Shown: positions 9,162-18,569 of the stretch, piece by piece
Layout: each line of letters begins with the position of its first letter
Position numbering within the stretch: the first letter of the stretch is position 1
Source of the DNA: a virus
Taxonomy: Duplodnaviria > Caudoviricetes
Reading direction: 5' to 3' (one strand)
Virus record (IMG/VR): IMGVR_UViG_3300021978_000001
Coordinates: 256,001 to 320,000 of that record
DNA length: 64,000 nucleotides
Notes under the pieces: model-generated
The model's input: only the letters and a program-made list of their open reading frames with translations
Database searches by the model: none
What the model was told of the DNA's origin: nothing
Position numbers and translations under genes: made by a program

Positions 9162-9402
9162 ACTCGTCCTCGCATGCCTCACAAGACATGGGCGTGGGCA
9201 TCTGCGAGGTGATCTCTTGCGTGGCAGCCTCGCCCTTACTGACGCTCAGAAGCTCTGCGCGGATAGCCTTGGCGTGGTCTTTCGACAATGCCTGAAGCGC
9301 TTTCCTCGCACGAACAGCCGCCGCCTTGTTGCCTGCATAGCCTTTGATGATGTCATCTTCAGCAGCTCGCAATTCCGTGATCATTTTTTCGTAAGAGTTC
9401 AT
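9160..9402 (-). CDS. histone H1-like Hc1-family nucleoid protein
   Basis: GNKAAAVRARKALQAL resembles the Hc1 core GNKAAAQRVR. Confidence 0.7.
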   Translation of the reverse strand: MNSYEKMITELRAAEDDIIKGYAGNKAAAVRARKALQALSKDHAKAIRAELLSVSKGEAATQEITSQMPTPMSCEACEDE

Positions 9403-9437
9403 GGGGTCTCCTTAGCGGATAACCTGCACCCCCGAAG

Positions 9438-9467
9438 GGTATACCGTATTGAAAGGGACCTCGTAAA
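9438..9467 (-). promoter_or_regulatory. promoter for Hc1-like gene
   Basis: TTTACG-18-TATACC. Confidence 0.5.
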
Positions 9468-9474
9468 AAGTACC

Positions 9475-9503
9475 TTGACATACCGTAGAGGGCAGGTTAC
9501 CAT
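9475..9503 (+). promoter_or_regulatory. sigma70-like promoter pointing antisense to 9563..10516
   Basis: TTGACA-17-TACCAT. Confidence 0.45.
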
Positions 9504-9562
9504 AAAGTGTGATCTGGGGTTTCTTCCACAGACCGGGTTCGATGGTACAAGTAACTTCAGGT

Positions 9563-10516
9563 TCAACTCAAGTCACGTAGTACCTGGGCAAAATCCATAT
9601 CAGTGATCTGACTCGCTCGGAACAGTTCTTCCTCGGGGTCAAGGTCGTCCCTCTTCGGTTCAATCGAAGAGGTGGGTACGGTCGATACTTGAGTGCGACG
9701 TGACCGCATAGCGATCCCACCATCACTTGTATCATCCTCACCCTGGAATGTCAACGTATCTTGCGAAGAATCAACCTCACCAGTGGTCGTATCACGATCA
9801 CTTTGATCAGGTGCTTGACCAGAAGGGACATTAGAAGACTCGGGGAAAAGTGCGGCGAGGTCAAGGTCATCTTCCTCTTTTTTGCGAGCCGCTTTCTTCT
9901 GCGCCTCGATCACCTCGAAAGGCGTCTGTGTTTCCGACTTCGCGTTCTCCTGAGAGAGCGCCTCTACCAGCGATTCAGGCTCGGGGAAGACATCATCCCC
10001 CTTGTGGTGCTTGACAGGCTTATCCGAAATGTCATCGCCCCACTGGTTGCCCGTCTCGATCTCCGCCTTGATCAAGTCACGCTGCAAGCGAATGGCAGAC
10101 ATGACCTCGCGAAGCTCGCGACACTTGTCATCAATGACGAGCAACACCGCCTTGGCGTCTTGAAGCTGGTTATCGAGCAGGTTAATGGCCGCCTGATCCT
10201 CACGCAAGCGATAATCTGCGGCAGCTTCCCGGTCCACCCGAGAGAGGTTACGCATGGCGATGATGTCTTCATCATTGGCGAGGAGGTCATTACGGTTGAG
10301 ATCGTACTCCGCTTGAGCAACGCGCAGTTGCGCTGACACCTGACGAATGTAGCGCTGGCATTCACGTTGGTACTTCTGCGCCTCGTTGGTGTAGTTGCGA
10401 CACAGGCCCACCTTGTTGTTGAGCCATGCCGGACCCATGGACAAGGGGTCCTCGTCCAGGTCAATGCGCATATCTTCGAGGCGCGCAAACACCTCGTCGA
10501 TTCGGGAATCGTTCAT
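9563..10516 (-). CDS. coiled-coil protein with acidic disordered tail (possibly UvsY-like)
   Basis: 317 aa, helical N-terminal ~155 aa; recombination gene context. Confidence 0.7.
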   Translation of the reverse strand: MNDSRIDEVFARLEDMRIDLDEDPLSMGPAWLNNKVGLCRNYTNEAQKYQRECQRYIRQVSAQLRVAQAEYDLNRNDLLANDEDIIAMRNLSRVDREAAADYRLREDQAAINLLDNQLQDAKAVLLVIDDKCRELREVMSAIRLQRDLIKAEIETGNQWGDDISDKPVKHHKGDDVFPEPESLVEALSQENAKSETQTPFEVIEAQKKAARKKEEDDLDLAALFPESSNVPSGQAPDQSDRDTTTGEVDSSQDTLTFQGEDDTSDGGIAMRSRRTQVSTVPTSSIEPKRDDLDPEEELFRASQITDMDFAQVLRDLS

Positions 10517-10595
10517 ACATCACCTCTTCGTCTGTAATCGTTGGGGTCCGCGAAGGACCGCGTAACCATGAGAGTAAGCCAACCAGATCACAGAG

Positions 10596-11234
10596 TCAAG
10601 TAATACCGAGCTGACGGTGCCATTTTGCCAGATGAACCGCATACCGCACGCTCGCAGCCCGGTCATCGAGGTCCTTCCTGGTGGACCCATCATAATCCAA
10701 CGCTCGCCGGAGCAACTCGTGAATTGGCAAGCGCACCTTGAACACAGGCAACAGGCAACGCTCGCTAATCGTAAGCAAAGCCGCCCAACGATGGTGACCA
10801 TCGAGGATGTAGTTCTCACCCGAGACAATCACAGGGGTCTCGATAAGGAAAGCGCCCTCACCTTTGCGTGCGCTATCCACCATCCCCTGGACCTTCTCCG
10901 CATTCAACTCACCCTGCGTCGCGCGAAGATTTCCAACAGGCATCACACCTGTGGTCACGCGAATACCCTCTTCGAGCAACGTCCCGAGGAAACCCGGGAT
11001 TTGATCCGCTTCGAGTTGCGGCATCTTATCACGCGAAAGGCCAAGGTTGTGCTGACACAGCCCCGTCTCATCACACCAGTTCTGTGCTGCGAGCTTTCGA
11101 GCCAAAGCAGCGACGCGATGCCTGGACCCCTGAAGGCGCAAACCAGCAACCTCCGGGGTAGCCAGGTCTTGCCGCGCTCGTTCAATCTGTGCATGAAGAT
11201 ATGACATCGACGCCTCCATAAGTGAATGTCCCAT
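10596..11234 (-). CDS. ParB/Srx-like N-terminal domain protein
   Basis: PVIVSGENYILDGHHRWAAL motif. Confidence 0.75.
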   Translation of the reverse strand: MGHSLMEASMSYLHAQIERARQDLATPEVAGLRLQGSRHRVAALARKLAAQNWCDETGLCQHNLGLSRDKMPQLEADQIPGFLGTLLEEGIRVTTGVMPVGNLRATQGELNAEKVQGMVDSARKGEGAFLIETPVIVSGENYILDGHHRWAALLTISERCLLPVFKVRLPIHELLRRALDYDGSTRKDLDDRAASVRYAVHLAKWHRQLGIT

Positions 11235-11254
11235 AGAGGCAACGCATCAACGCA

Positions 11255-14200
11255 TTAATCATCACCCTCATCCATCAGGAGAGCGCGCACACGTTGGTCG
11301 AAGTGCGTATTACGACGTGTCACCTCGTTGTTGTGGACCGCGCGCTCCACTGCGCCCCACTCGCCCAACATGATCACCTTACTCTTGGCGCGCGTAATTG
11401 CCGTGTAGAACAAGTTGCGCTGAAGTTGAAAACCGTAAGAAGGCACGAAAGGCAAAATCACGTAGTCGAACTCAGACCCTTGCGAGTTCCAACCCGAACA
11501 TCCGTTCTGCAAGAAGCGATGACCATCAGGTACCTCCACACACATGGGAGTAAACCTGACCGGCTCCAAAGCCTCCACCCGAACGTGAAGCCAGGCAAGG
11601 CGCTCGATCAACCAGGGAGGTGCCTCGTCTCCCAGGACGGAGACCAGATTCTCTACCACCCCACGAGACCAATATCCTCGTTGCTTGCCATTCCCGCGCA
11701 TGCTTGCAGAGGAGAACGCCGAACGGTGATGTGCCCAAAGCCACTCCACTTCATCTGCGGAGATTGGCACCACCACCCGACGCGTTGCAGGCCATTCTAC
11801 ATTAGCCAGGCGCGCTCGTTTGAACTCAGAGGGAAAAGACACCTGCTGCGCGAACTGCTGACACGCCTCGCTATAGAGGTACAATGCGGGAAGGCGATCG
11901 GGATAATCTTTTCGCGAGGACGCCATACCCATCCGAAGTAGCATCGTCTGCACTGTATCCAACATGCGAGCGTTCTTCTGAGTCAGACAGATATGATCGA
12001 ACACACCTTCCTTGAGGTGAACAGAAGCATCCGCGAACAAACCTCGCAAAAAGGCTTGTTGGACCTGCAATGAAGACTGAAGGACGCAAGGCGGGATGTC
12101 TTTGCTATGGGGCGCCAAACCCCCCAACGACCGCAACCAGCGCGAAAGAAACGTGGAGCTTACCTCCCATCCCTTGGTCCCATGAGTCTCGATCTCGACC
12201 GGATCGACGCCGAAGAACTCACGCATCAACTCCGAAGACCTTTCGACCACATCATCATGCCGCTTGACCAAGCGCACACCTCGATCATGCACACAACCAT
12301 CCGCGACAAGAAGCCCCAACAACTCCCCGAAAGACTTGCTCATCTGAGAAGGCGTTGAATACACACGCTCACGCACATCACCCGCATCAGGCTCAGGCAG
12401 GCCCGCTTCATACTGAGGAGACACAACCTCCCCCAAGCGATAACGCAAGAAATCACCTTTACGAATATCCGATGCTTCTTTTCTCGCGTAAGCCGTCCCG
12501 TCCCATACATCCAAGCCATGCTCGGGGGTCACTGTAACGTGGTAACCCCCCTCGGACACCACACGAAACCCTTCCCGTTCGGGGAGTTCAATCTTATTGC
12601 AATACTCCTTCACCCCTTCGGGCGTCGCAATCATGCCTACGCGCGGGATGTCCGCAATCTGCATGAGGCCATGGGGCGTTTCAACCCAGGTATCAGGAGA
12701 TACGCATTTGTGAATTGTTATGCAAAAAGCCAACTTGAGCATCTTGTGCGTTTCTTTATATCCGATAGGAATCACCTTCGTGTGGCGATCTCGGATGCGC
12801 ACCTTCACCTCCTTGTTCGAGGTGTCGATGTCTACGATAGTGCCTTGTTCGCCATTATACACACCAAGATCGTAATCGTTCGCCATCACGATCACACGAT
12901 CCCCCACACGCCACGACACCCCACGCCCGACCGACACAGCTTTCTGCCCCTTGTCAGGATTGAGCACGTTGCGGATCTCCTCGTTGAGCGAAGTTACACC
13001 GAGAGTACCCGCCCATCTCGGAGACAAGACCTGAAAAGTCACGCCACGGTCCGCCTTCTCCTGGATACGCTGCACCAGGGTCTTGATATGCTCGACCACC
13101 TTACGCTCAGACGCCACAGACACGAACTGAAAGTCCTTGTAGCCTCGTCGTGGCTCCTGGCCCTGGTTGATGCTATGCGCGGCGAGTACAATCCCAGACG
13201 CCTCCTCCTGGCGGAAGATCTGCGTCAGATTCACCCTGGGGATCACCTGCGATCGAATCATATCATGCAACACGTTCCCTGCGCCAACACTGGGGAGCTG
13301 CGCGTGATCACCGACACACACGAGCACTGCGCCTTCTTTGAGCGAACCGAGTAAGTGGTACAGCAAGCTCTGATCGACCATCGAAAACTCATCCACGAGC
13401 ACCGCGTCCGCTTGTAGCGGATTGTTCGGGCCATGCATCCACTCCGTACCCCGGTATCCCAGCGCACGGTGAATCGTTGAAGCCGAGTGCCCCACCACAC
13501 TGGAGAGGCGTTTGGCCGCGATTCCCGTAGGAGACATCAGCTCCACGCGCAAGTTCTGCTCCTTGAATAGCTTGACGATAGCCTTGGAAATTGTAGTGTT
13601 GTGACTGATAAAACCTCCCGACAGAAACTCATGATCGCCAGGTACATGAAAATCATACACCTGACCTTGACCGCGCTCACATGAGGCCACCTTATCGTAG
13701 AAGAATTTCGGATCTGCGAACGCCTGAAGCTCGGCATAAACCGGCAAGTCTTCATGGCCAAACGACAACAACCTATCCAACAAGGCCCGAGAGGGTTGAC
13801 GGCGGCCCGTAGCACTACGGTAGAACAGATTGTAATCTCTACCCTTGGAAGGGCGCACTGCTTGCATGTACCGCTTCAATACAGGAGCGATGCCATAAAG
13901 AAGATGCATATTGGTGTTCGAGTCCAACGAACGCTCAGGTAACGACGTGAAGTGGAAACCTACCTCGTCACGAAAGCGATCATAATCCTCCCCCGAGATA
14001 AACAAGCGCCAAGAGCCTCCCGAGCGGGGATGACACGTCGCCACGATGCCCAGGGAGAGGAGAAGCATCTGCACCTGACGCACAAGGGTTTCCGACATCG
14101 AACCGTACTCGATAGTGTACCTATCTTCTGACACCGCACCATCGCCCTCAAAAAGCGCAGAAAGAAAGGCACACACACTCGACCTGGACGAACGAAGAAT

Positions 14201-15940
14201 ACACTCAGGAACCCTCTGCTCCGCGCTAAGAACTTGCGCGACACCTTGCGCGTGGCACCAATGATCCAAGCGCACTGAATGCACACGCACTCTCACATCA
14301 CAACCATAACGCTTATCGAAGGTCCGAGACGTGCGCAGAGCGAAGACCTCTTCGATGGCGGCTTCCACATAGGACAAAACCTGCTCTTCGTGAGCCGTAA
14401 TGGAGAGTGAGCGTTCTTCACAAAGATAGCCCTCAGAAACCACATAACCAAGCAAGCGCGCGAGTTGCTTCGTCATACGCGTAGGTCGAACCATATCAGA
14501 CGCGCGAGCAGTCACATCTGGCGAAGGATAATCGAGCAATGCCGTCGCATCGTCTCCAAAGCTATAAGAAGAACCACGCACCAATACAACAACATCTTCG
14601 GGACTCAACTCGTCCAAACGACGCCATGCGTGTTGACCCTCCTCGACAACACGTACCGGGTGCTCAGGCGTACCCTCCAGGACAAAGCCACACGAAGTCT
14701 CGATCTTGATTGTATCCGAGACCCCCCCATTATAGATATACGCAGCTTTACGCACGCCGCACGACGTATCGACAGCAACATCGAGGTCATAGGTCTCCTG
14801 GGGCAGTAAATGATCAGGCGCAAGGCTATCAATACGAGCAAAGCCCCATGGTCCTGACACAAGCGTATCTCCCACCACACACTTGCCAGTTCCAGGCAAG
14901 CCCGTCACCAACACCACCGGATGCTCTGCGACCGCCGCGACCGCTTCCCGTTGTTGTTCTGACAAGCTAATGCCCTGGACGCGTTCGTACTCGGAGAGAA
15001 ACGCCTCCATATCCACAGAAGACAAGGGGGAGGGAGCTTCAAGCAACGTCGCGAGGCGCTCTGCCGCCACCGTCTCCGCGTGATAAGCATGGGACAGGTA
15101 AAGCCTCGACCCATCCACCACCACGCGATCACGATTACGCAAATCCGCGACAGCCATCGCGAGGTCATTCATTTCGAGCGCGCGCCCGAAGCCATCGAGA
15201 CCTTCCTGGTGAATGCACCGCCCGAGTTGTTCCTGAAGTTGAGGCAAGGTCAAATACAGATGCCCCTCTGATTGAGACGCGCGCTCAAGCACATATTCGA
15301 TCATCCCCGCGAGCCTTGCATGAGCATCTGGAGCGAGCCCGAGCCCTAACCCGAGGCGATCGGCAAGAACAAAGCCCGCGCCATCGAGTTCCATGAGAGC
15401 GTAAGGATTGGCGCGAAGACGATCCATGGTCGTGGCGCCCCAGGTTTGATACGCCTTTGTTACGAGCGTCTTCGGGAGACCGATGCGCAACAAGTCCACC
15501 GCAATCTGGCGATACTCTCGTTGCTCATTCCAAGCCTGAATCAACTCCTCGCGTGCGCGTTTGCTCAAGCGCTCGACCGTCTCCAGGCGCTCCGGCTCGT
15601 GATCGAGCACATACACCGTATCAGCACCAAAGGCTTCGACCAGGCGACGCGAGAGCACTGGACCAATATGCTTGACGTGCCCCTGGAGATACTCAGCAAG
15701 ACCCTCGACGCTCTCAGGCACAGGGATAGACAAAGCGGTAGCGTTGAATGTCGGCCCCCACTTCGTCTGCTCCCATTGCCCTTCCAACCGAACGAACTGC
15801 CCGGGCGTAGGCTTATCCATCACAAACGTCCCCTTGACCTTCTTGGGGCGCCCGTCAGATGCATCATCAACCGTGAAGATGTAGAAGGCCGAATCCTGAT
15901 CGACATAGATCAGCTTGCCTACGGTCCCTGCCAGTTCCAT
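11255..15940 (-). CDS. recD2: RecD2-like SF1B helicase with two inteins (about 726 aa after splicing)
   Basis: N-terminal OB/HhH region, GLPGTGK|TT, VLVDEFSM, GDHAQLPSV, TQIFRQ, TIHK|SQGSE, YTAITRAK. Confidence 0.93.
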   Translation of the reverse strand: MELAGTVGKLIYVDQDSAFYIFTVDDASDGRPKKVKGTFVMDKPTPGQFVRLEGQWEQTKWGPTFNATALSIPVPESVEGLAEYLQGHVKHIGPVLSRRLVEAFGADTVYVLDHEPERLETVERLSKRAREELIQAWNEQREYRQIAVDLLRIGLPKTLVTKAYQTWGATTMDRLRANPYALMELDGAGFVLADRLGLGLGLAPDAHARLAGMIEYVLERASQSEGHLYLTLPQLQEQLGRCIHQEGLDGFGRALEMNDLAMAVADLRNRDRVVVDGSRLYLSHAYHAETVAAERLATLLEAPSPLSSVDMEAFLSEYERVQGISLSEQQREAVAAVAEHPVVLVTGLPGTGKCVVGDTLVSGPWGFARIDSLAPDHLLPQETYDLDVAVDTSCGVRKAAYIYNGGVSDTIKIETSCGFVLEGTPEHPVRVVEEGQHAWRRLDELSPEDVVVLVRGSSYSFGDDATALLDYPSPDVTARASDMVRPTRMTKQLARLLGYVVSEGYLCEERSLSITAHEEQVLSYVEAAIEEVFALRTSRTFDKRYGCDVRVRVHSVRLDHWCHAQGVAQVLSAEQRVPECILRSSRSSVCAFLSALFEGDGAVSEDRYTIEYGSMSETLVRQVQMLLLSLGIVATCHPRSGGSWRLFISGEDYDRFRDEVGFHFTSLPERSLDSNTNMHLLYGIAPVLKRYMQAVRPSKGRDYNLFYRSATGRRQPSRALLDRLLSFGHEDLPVYAELQAFADPKFFYDKVASCERGQGQVYDFHVPGDHEFLSGGFISHNTTISKAIVKLFKEQNLRVELMSPTGIAAKRLSSVVGHSASTIHRALGYRGTEWMHGPNNPLQADAVLVDEFSMVDQSLLYHLLGSLKEGAVLVCVGDHAQLPSVGAGNVLHDMIRSQVIPRVNLTQIFRQEEASGIVLAAHSINQGQEPRRGYKDFQFVSVASERKVVEHIKTLVQRIQEKADRGVTFQVLSPRWAGTLGVTSLNEEIRNVLNPDKGQKAVSVGRGVSWRVGDRVIVMANDYDLGVYNGEQGTIVDIDTSNKEVKVRIRDRHTKVIPIGYKETHKMLKLAFCITIHKCVSPDTWVETPHGLMQIADIPRVGMIATPEGVKEYCNKIELPEREGFRVVSEGGYHVTVTPEHGLDVWDGTAYARKEASDIRKGDFLRYRLGEVVSPQYEAGLPEPDAGDVRERVYSTPSQMSKSFGELLGLLVADGCVHDRGVRLVKRHDDVVERSSELMREFFGVDPVEIETHGTKGWEVSSTFLSRWLRSLGGLAPHSKDIPPCVLQSSLQVQQAFLRGLFADASVHLKEGVFDHICLTQKNARMLDTVQTMLLRMGMASSRKDYPDRLPALYLYSEACQQFAQQVSFPSEFKRARLANVEWPATRRVVVPISADEVEWLWAHHRSAFSSASMRGNGKQRGYWSRGVVENLVSVLGDEAPPWLIERLAWLHVRVEALEPVRFTPMCVEVPDGHRFLQNGCSGWNSQGSEFDYVILPFVPSYGFQLQRNLFYTAITRAKSKVIMLGEWGAVERAVHNNEVTRRNTHFDQRVRALLMDEGDD
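11486..12706 (-). mobile_element. intein 2 with LAGLIDADG-type domain (407 aa) in the TIHK|SQG helicase motif
   Basis: Begins CVSPDT after TIHK, ends GCSGWN before S; LGLLVADG and degenerate RGLFADAS motifs. Confidence 0.9.
13598..14881 (-). mobile_element. intein 1 with LAGLIDADG homing endonuclease (428 aa) in Walker A
   Basis: Begins CVVGDT after GTGK, ends GFISHN before T; LGYVVSEG and SALFEGDG motifs. Confidence 0.92.
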
Positions 15941-15943
15941 GCG

Positions 15944-16708
15944 TTACTCCTGTTCTTCGTATTCGTTTTCTTCGTGTTCATCAGCACCCCAAGCCAACAA
16001 GACTCGCGCAAACTTCCCGAGTCTTGTTGTCGTCGCGCGGTCATTAAAGCTGGCGACCAATCCCTCGACCTCATATAAGGTCAAGCCATGAAGCTGATCC
16101 CTGTAGGCACACCAGACTTCCTCGACCATGGGAGGAGATAGAGGCCCACCGAAAGCAGGGACACCCAGGCCCGCAGACTTCAACCACCACAGCATCTCAT
16201 AGCGACTATCCGCCTCGAAGCTGCTTTGTTGCGCCACAAAGATAAGGTCTCGACAGGAGGCAGCCGATGCGCGCTCTTCGAGGAGCAACAGACGTCTGGC
16301 CGCTTCCAATGCAGTCTCACCCGGCCTCATGTGCTTCCAAAACGTGTGCTTCGAGAGCTGCACGCTACCTTCTACCGTGCCCGTAAACATCTCCGCGACT
16401 GTCTCCAGCTCCCGAACCACGCCGCGCACCAACACTGCGTTCGGTAACACATCATGATAAGCGGCCTCACTGGAGGGCTTACGATCTTCCTGGTCTACCC
16501 ACCTGATCTGGAGCTGCGCTCTCTTGAGCGAACCTTCCTCATAGGTTAGACACAGGAGAAGACCCCTCGGGGCTTCCTCCCAACACAAGGGAGATGTGTA
16601 TTCAGGTAGACGGTATCCATGTCCTTCGAGGGTCTTCACCGCCTGGTCTGCCCAAGATAAAAAACCCTCGGGAGATAAGGCCCGAGGGTTTCCAGTGTGA
16701 ATGCTCAT
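15944..16708 (-). CDS. hypothetical protein
   Basis: Start reassigned to ATG 16708 behind the SD aaggag and a promoter. Confidence 0.75.
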   Translation of the reverse strand: MSIHTGNPRALSPEGFLSWADQAVKTLEGHGYRLPEYTSPLCWEEAPRGLLLCLTYEEGSLKRAQLQIRWVDQEDRKPSSEAAYHDVLPNAVLVRGVVRELETVAEMFTGTVEGSVQLSKHTFWKHMRPGETALEAARRLLLLEERASAASCRDLIFVAQQSSFEADSRYEMLWWLKSAGLGVPAFGGPLSPPMVEEVWCAYRDQLHGLTLYEVEGLVASFNDRATTTRLGKFARVLLAWGADEHEENEYEEQE

Positions 16709-16740
16709 GTTTCTCTCCTTTGGGTAACCCAGGAGAGTGT

Positions 16741-16769
16741 AATATACTGGAACGAAGACGTCCAGTAAA
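16741..16769 (-). promoter_or_regulatory. promoter for 16708 gene and recD2
   Basis: TTTACT-17-TATATT. Confidence 0.55.
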
Positions 16770-16770
16770 A

Positions 16771-18015
16771 TCAACGCCTGTAATCAGGATCACGAGCCAG
16801 TTCGAGCACGCGAGACAGCATCTTCTGAAGCTCGCGAGCCTCCGTGCGGAGCTTACGCACCGCAACATCGAAAGAGATACGCATATCCTCGAAATCGCTG
16901 TACACCGCCTGAATAGCGAGCATCGCACGAAGGAAATCACGACGCACCGAAGAGACGAGTTCATCTGACCGGCTCAAGCGGCCAAAGATCTTGTCAAGCG
17001 CTCCCATGGCTTCATCGACATACCCCGCCTGGATACGCGAGTACAAGCCTTCCGAGTCCTGCACGAAGTCATTGATAAAGCCCGTCGTGTCTTCCACAAG
17101 GTCCTTGAGGACACGTTGGTAGGTCGCACTGTTGGCGACGCGAGAAACCATGTTACGCTTGAAGTTGACGACACCCTCAATCCATCCGTAATCCCCACCA
17201 TCGACGAAGATGCTCTTGATGTACTTGGCGTAGGGGCGCAACGCATGCTTGATCTCTTCCCGAAGACCCGCATAAGGATCTTCGTAATCGTCATACCCGC
17301 CGAAGTCATCGTCCTCGAAGTCATCATCCCAGTTATCATCATTGTCAGGACGACTCTCGTGACTCTCTTGACGGAAATCGAAGATCACGTTCCCATCCTC
17401 ACGGTTGATCTGCACCGTGTTGTCGCGGCTATACTCACGACCTCGGGAGATCTTGCGCAAGATCGCCTCGACCTCTGCGTAAACATCCACAGTAAGCTCG
17501 GGCTTTGGCGCGGGCTTTGGAGTAGGGGTAGGCTTCGGGGTAGGCTTCGGCGCAGGTTTTGGCGCGGGCTTGCTCGGGCGTTGCGCCGGATGCGTAAAGT
17601 CATACTCGGCATGAAGCGTCTGAGAGACAGTCTCCCATACTGTCGAGAGATTCCTGAGCTTGACCTTGATCGGGCGTTGACGCCCGGGAGTCATGTACAA
17701 CTCCCAGCCACGATCGAGATGCCCTGCGATGCTCAAGGACATCATCACGCGGTTCCCATCCCCATCCTTGGTCACCAGGTTGCCCATCCATTCGAGCGGC
17801 ATACCCGGCTCATCCATAAAGCCCGTGCGCGTGACCTGCACGCGATGCGGCAACAAGCGATTGAGCCACTTCTCGATGTCTGTCATGGCTGCATCAAGAC
17901 GTTCCATGTCACGCGACATACGCACCGCCATCTTGCGCAGCACTCGACCGAGATGAGGTCGAAGCTCCGGTGTGACGTTACCGAGACGAATGAGTTGCTG
18001 TTTAAGGTCTGTCAT
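16771..18015 (-). CDS. multidomain hypothetical protein with Pro/Lys linker and acidic patch; candidate virion protein
   Basis: 414 aa; N-terminal LKQQLIRLG..PELRPHL, PKPAPKPTPKP linker, internal SRVA. Confidence 0.75.
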   Translation of the reverse strand: MTDLKQQLIRLGNVTPELRPHLGRVLRKMAVRMSRDMERLDAAMTDIEKWLNRLLPHRVQVTRTGFMDEPGMPLEWMGNLVTKDGDGNRVMMSLSIAGHLDRGWELYMTPGRQRPIKVKLRNLSTVWETVSQTLHAEYDFTHPAQRPSKPAPKPAPKPTPKPTPTPKPAPKPELTVDVYAEVEAILRKISRGREYSRDNTVQINREDGNVIFDFRQESHESRPDNDDNWDDDFEDDDFGGYDDYEDPYAGLREEIKHALRPYAKYIKSIFVDGGDYGWIEGVVNFKRNMVSRVANSATYQRVLKDLVEDTTGFINDFVQDSEGLYSRIQAGYVDEAMGALDKIFGRLSRSDELVSSVRRDFLRAMLAIQAVYSDFEDMRISFDVAVRKLRTEARELQKMLSRVLELARDPDYRR

Positions 18016-18215
18016 GTCTTTTGATGCTCCAATTCGCGGAGATAATGCGCCGCCTGTTCCAAATCGACACAGGTCAAGCGAACGTGCTTGTTCTTGTAAG
18101 GCTGCAACAGCTCATCGAGAGGGACCGACTTGCCTTCGATCTCCAGAAACCAACGTCCCTTGCGGTTACGACGCAGGACCCCTTCCTTGAGCACAGACAG
18201 ATCTTCCACATTCAT
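18012..18215 (-). CDS. hypothetical protein
   Basis: 67 aa, overlaps the next start, has SD. Confidence 0.65.
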   Translation of the reverse strand: MNVEDLSVLKEGVLRRNRKGRWFLEIEGKSVPLDELLQPYKNKHVRLTCVDLEQAAHYLRELEHQKT

Positions 18216-18226
18216 ACGACACTCCC

Positions 18227-18538
18227 TTACTCGGACCCGCGCAAGCAGGTCTCATGACCGTAACACTGCCCCTGGTGGGCAGCCTCTTCCCGCGCCTTGA
18301 TGACGCTCTTGTAATGACGACACTCCTGCGACTTGGGGTCTTTCTCACAAGAGACACGACCCTCTGTCTGATACCAGATGTCACACGAATGCGTATAGCG
18401 ATGTGGACATTTCTGAGTATGTGCAGAGGTCATACAAGCGCCAGTCCAAATGACCAGGCTCGCGGCCATCAATGCTTCACGTATCACCATGTTCACATCC
18501 AAAGAAAAGAGGGTTGCCATGGCATAGCGCCACAACAA
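18227..18538 (-). CDS. small Cys-rich protein with hydrophobic N-terminal segment (possibly secreted/lipoprotein)
   Basis: ALMAASLVIWTGAC followed by several Cys; start uncertain. Confidence 0.55.
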   Translation of the reverse strand: MLWRYAMATLFSLDVNMVIREALMAASLVIWTGACMTSAHTQKCPHRYTHSCDIWYQTEGRVSCEKDPKSQECRHYKSVIKAREEAAHQGQCYGHETCLRGSE

Positions 18539-18569
18539 CCCACTCAGATAAAGGGATTATAGAGCGGAA

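Noticed and set aside
9510-9600. tRNA-like GGTTCGA/GGTTCAA segments
   Set aside because: No acceptor stem, anticodon arm or CCA could be built; no tRNA genes recognised anywhere in the window
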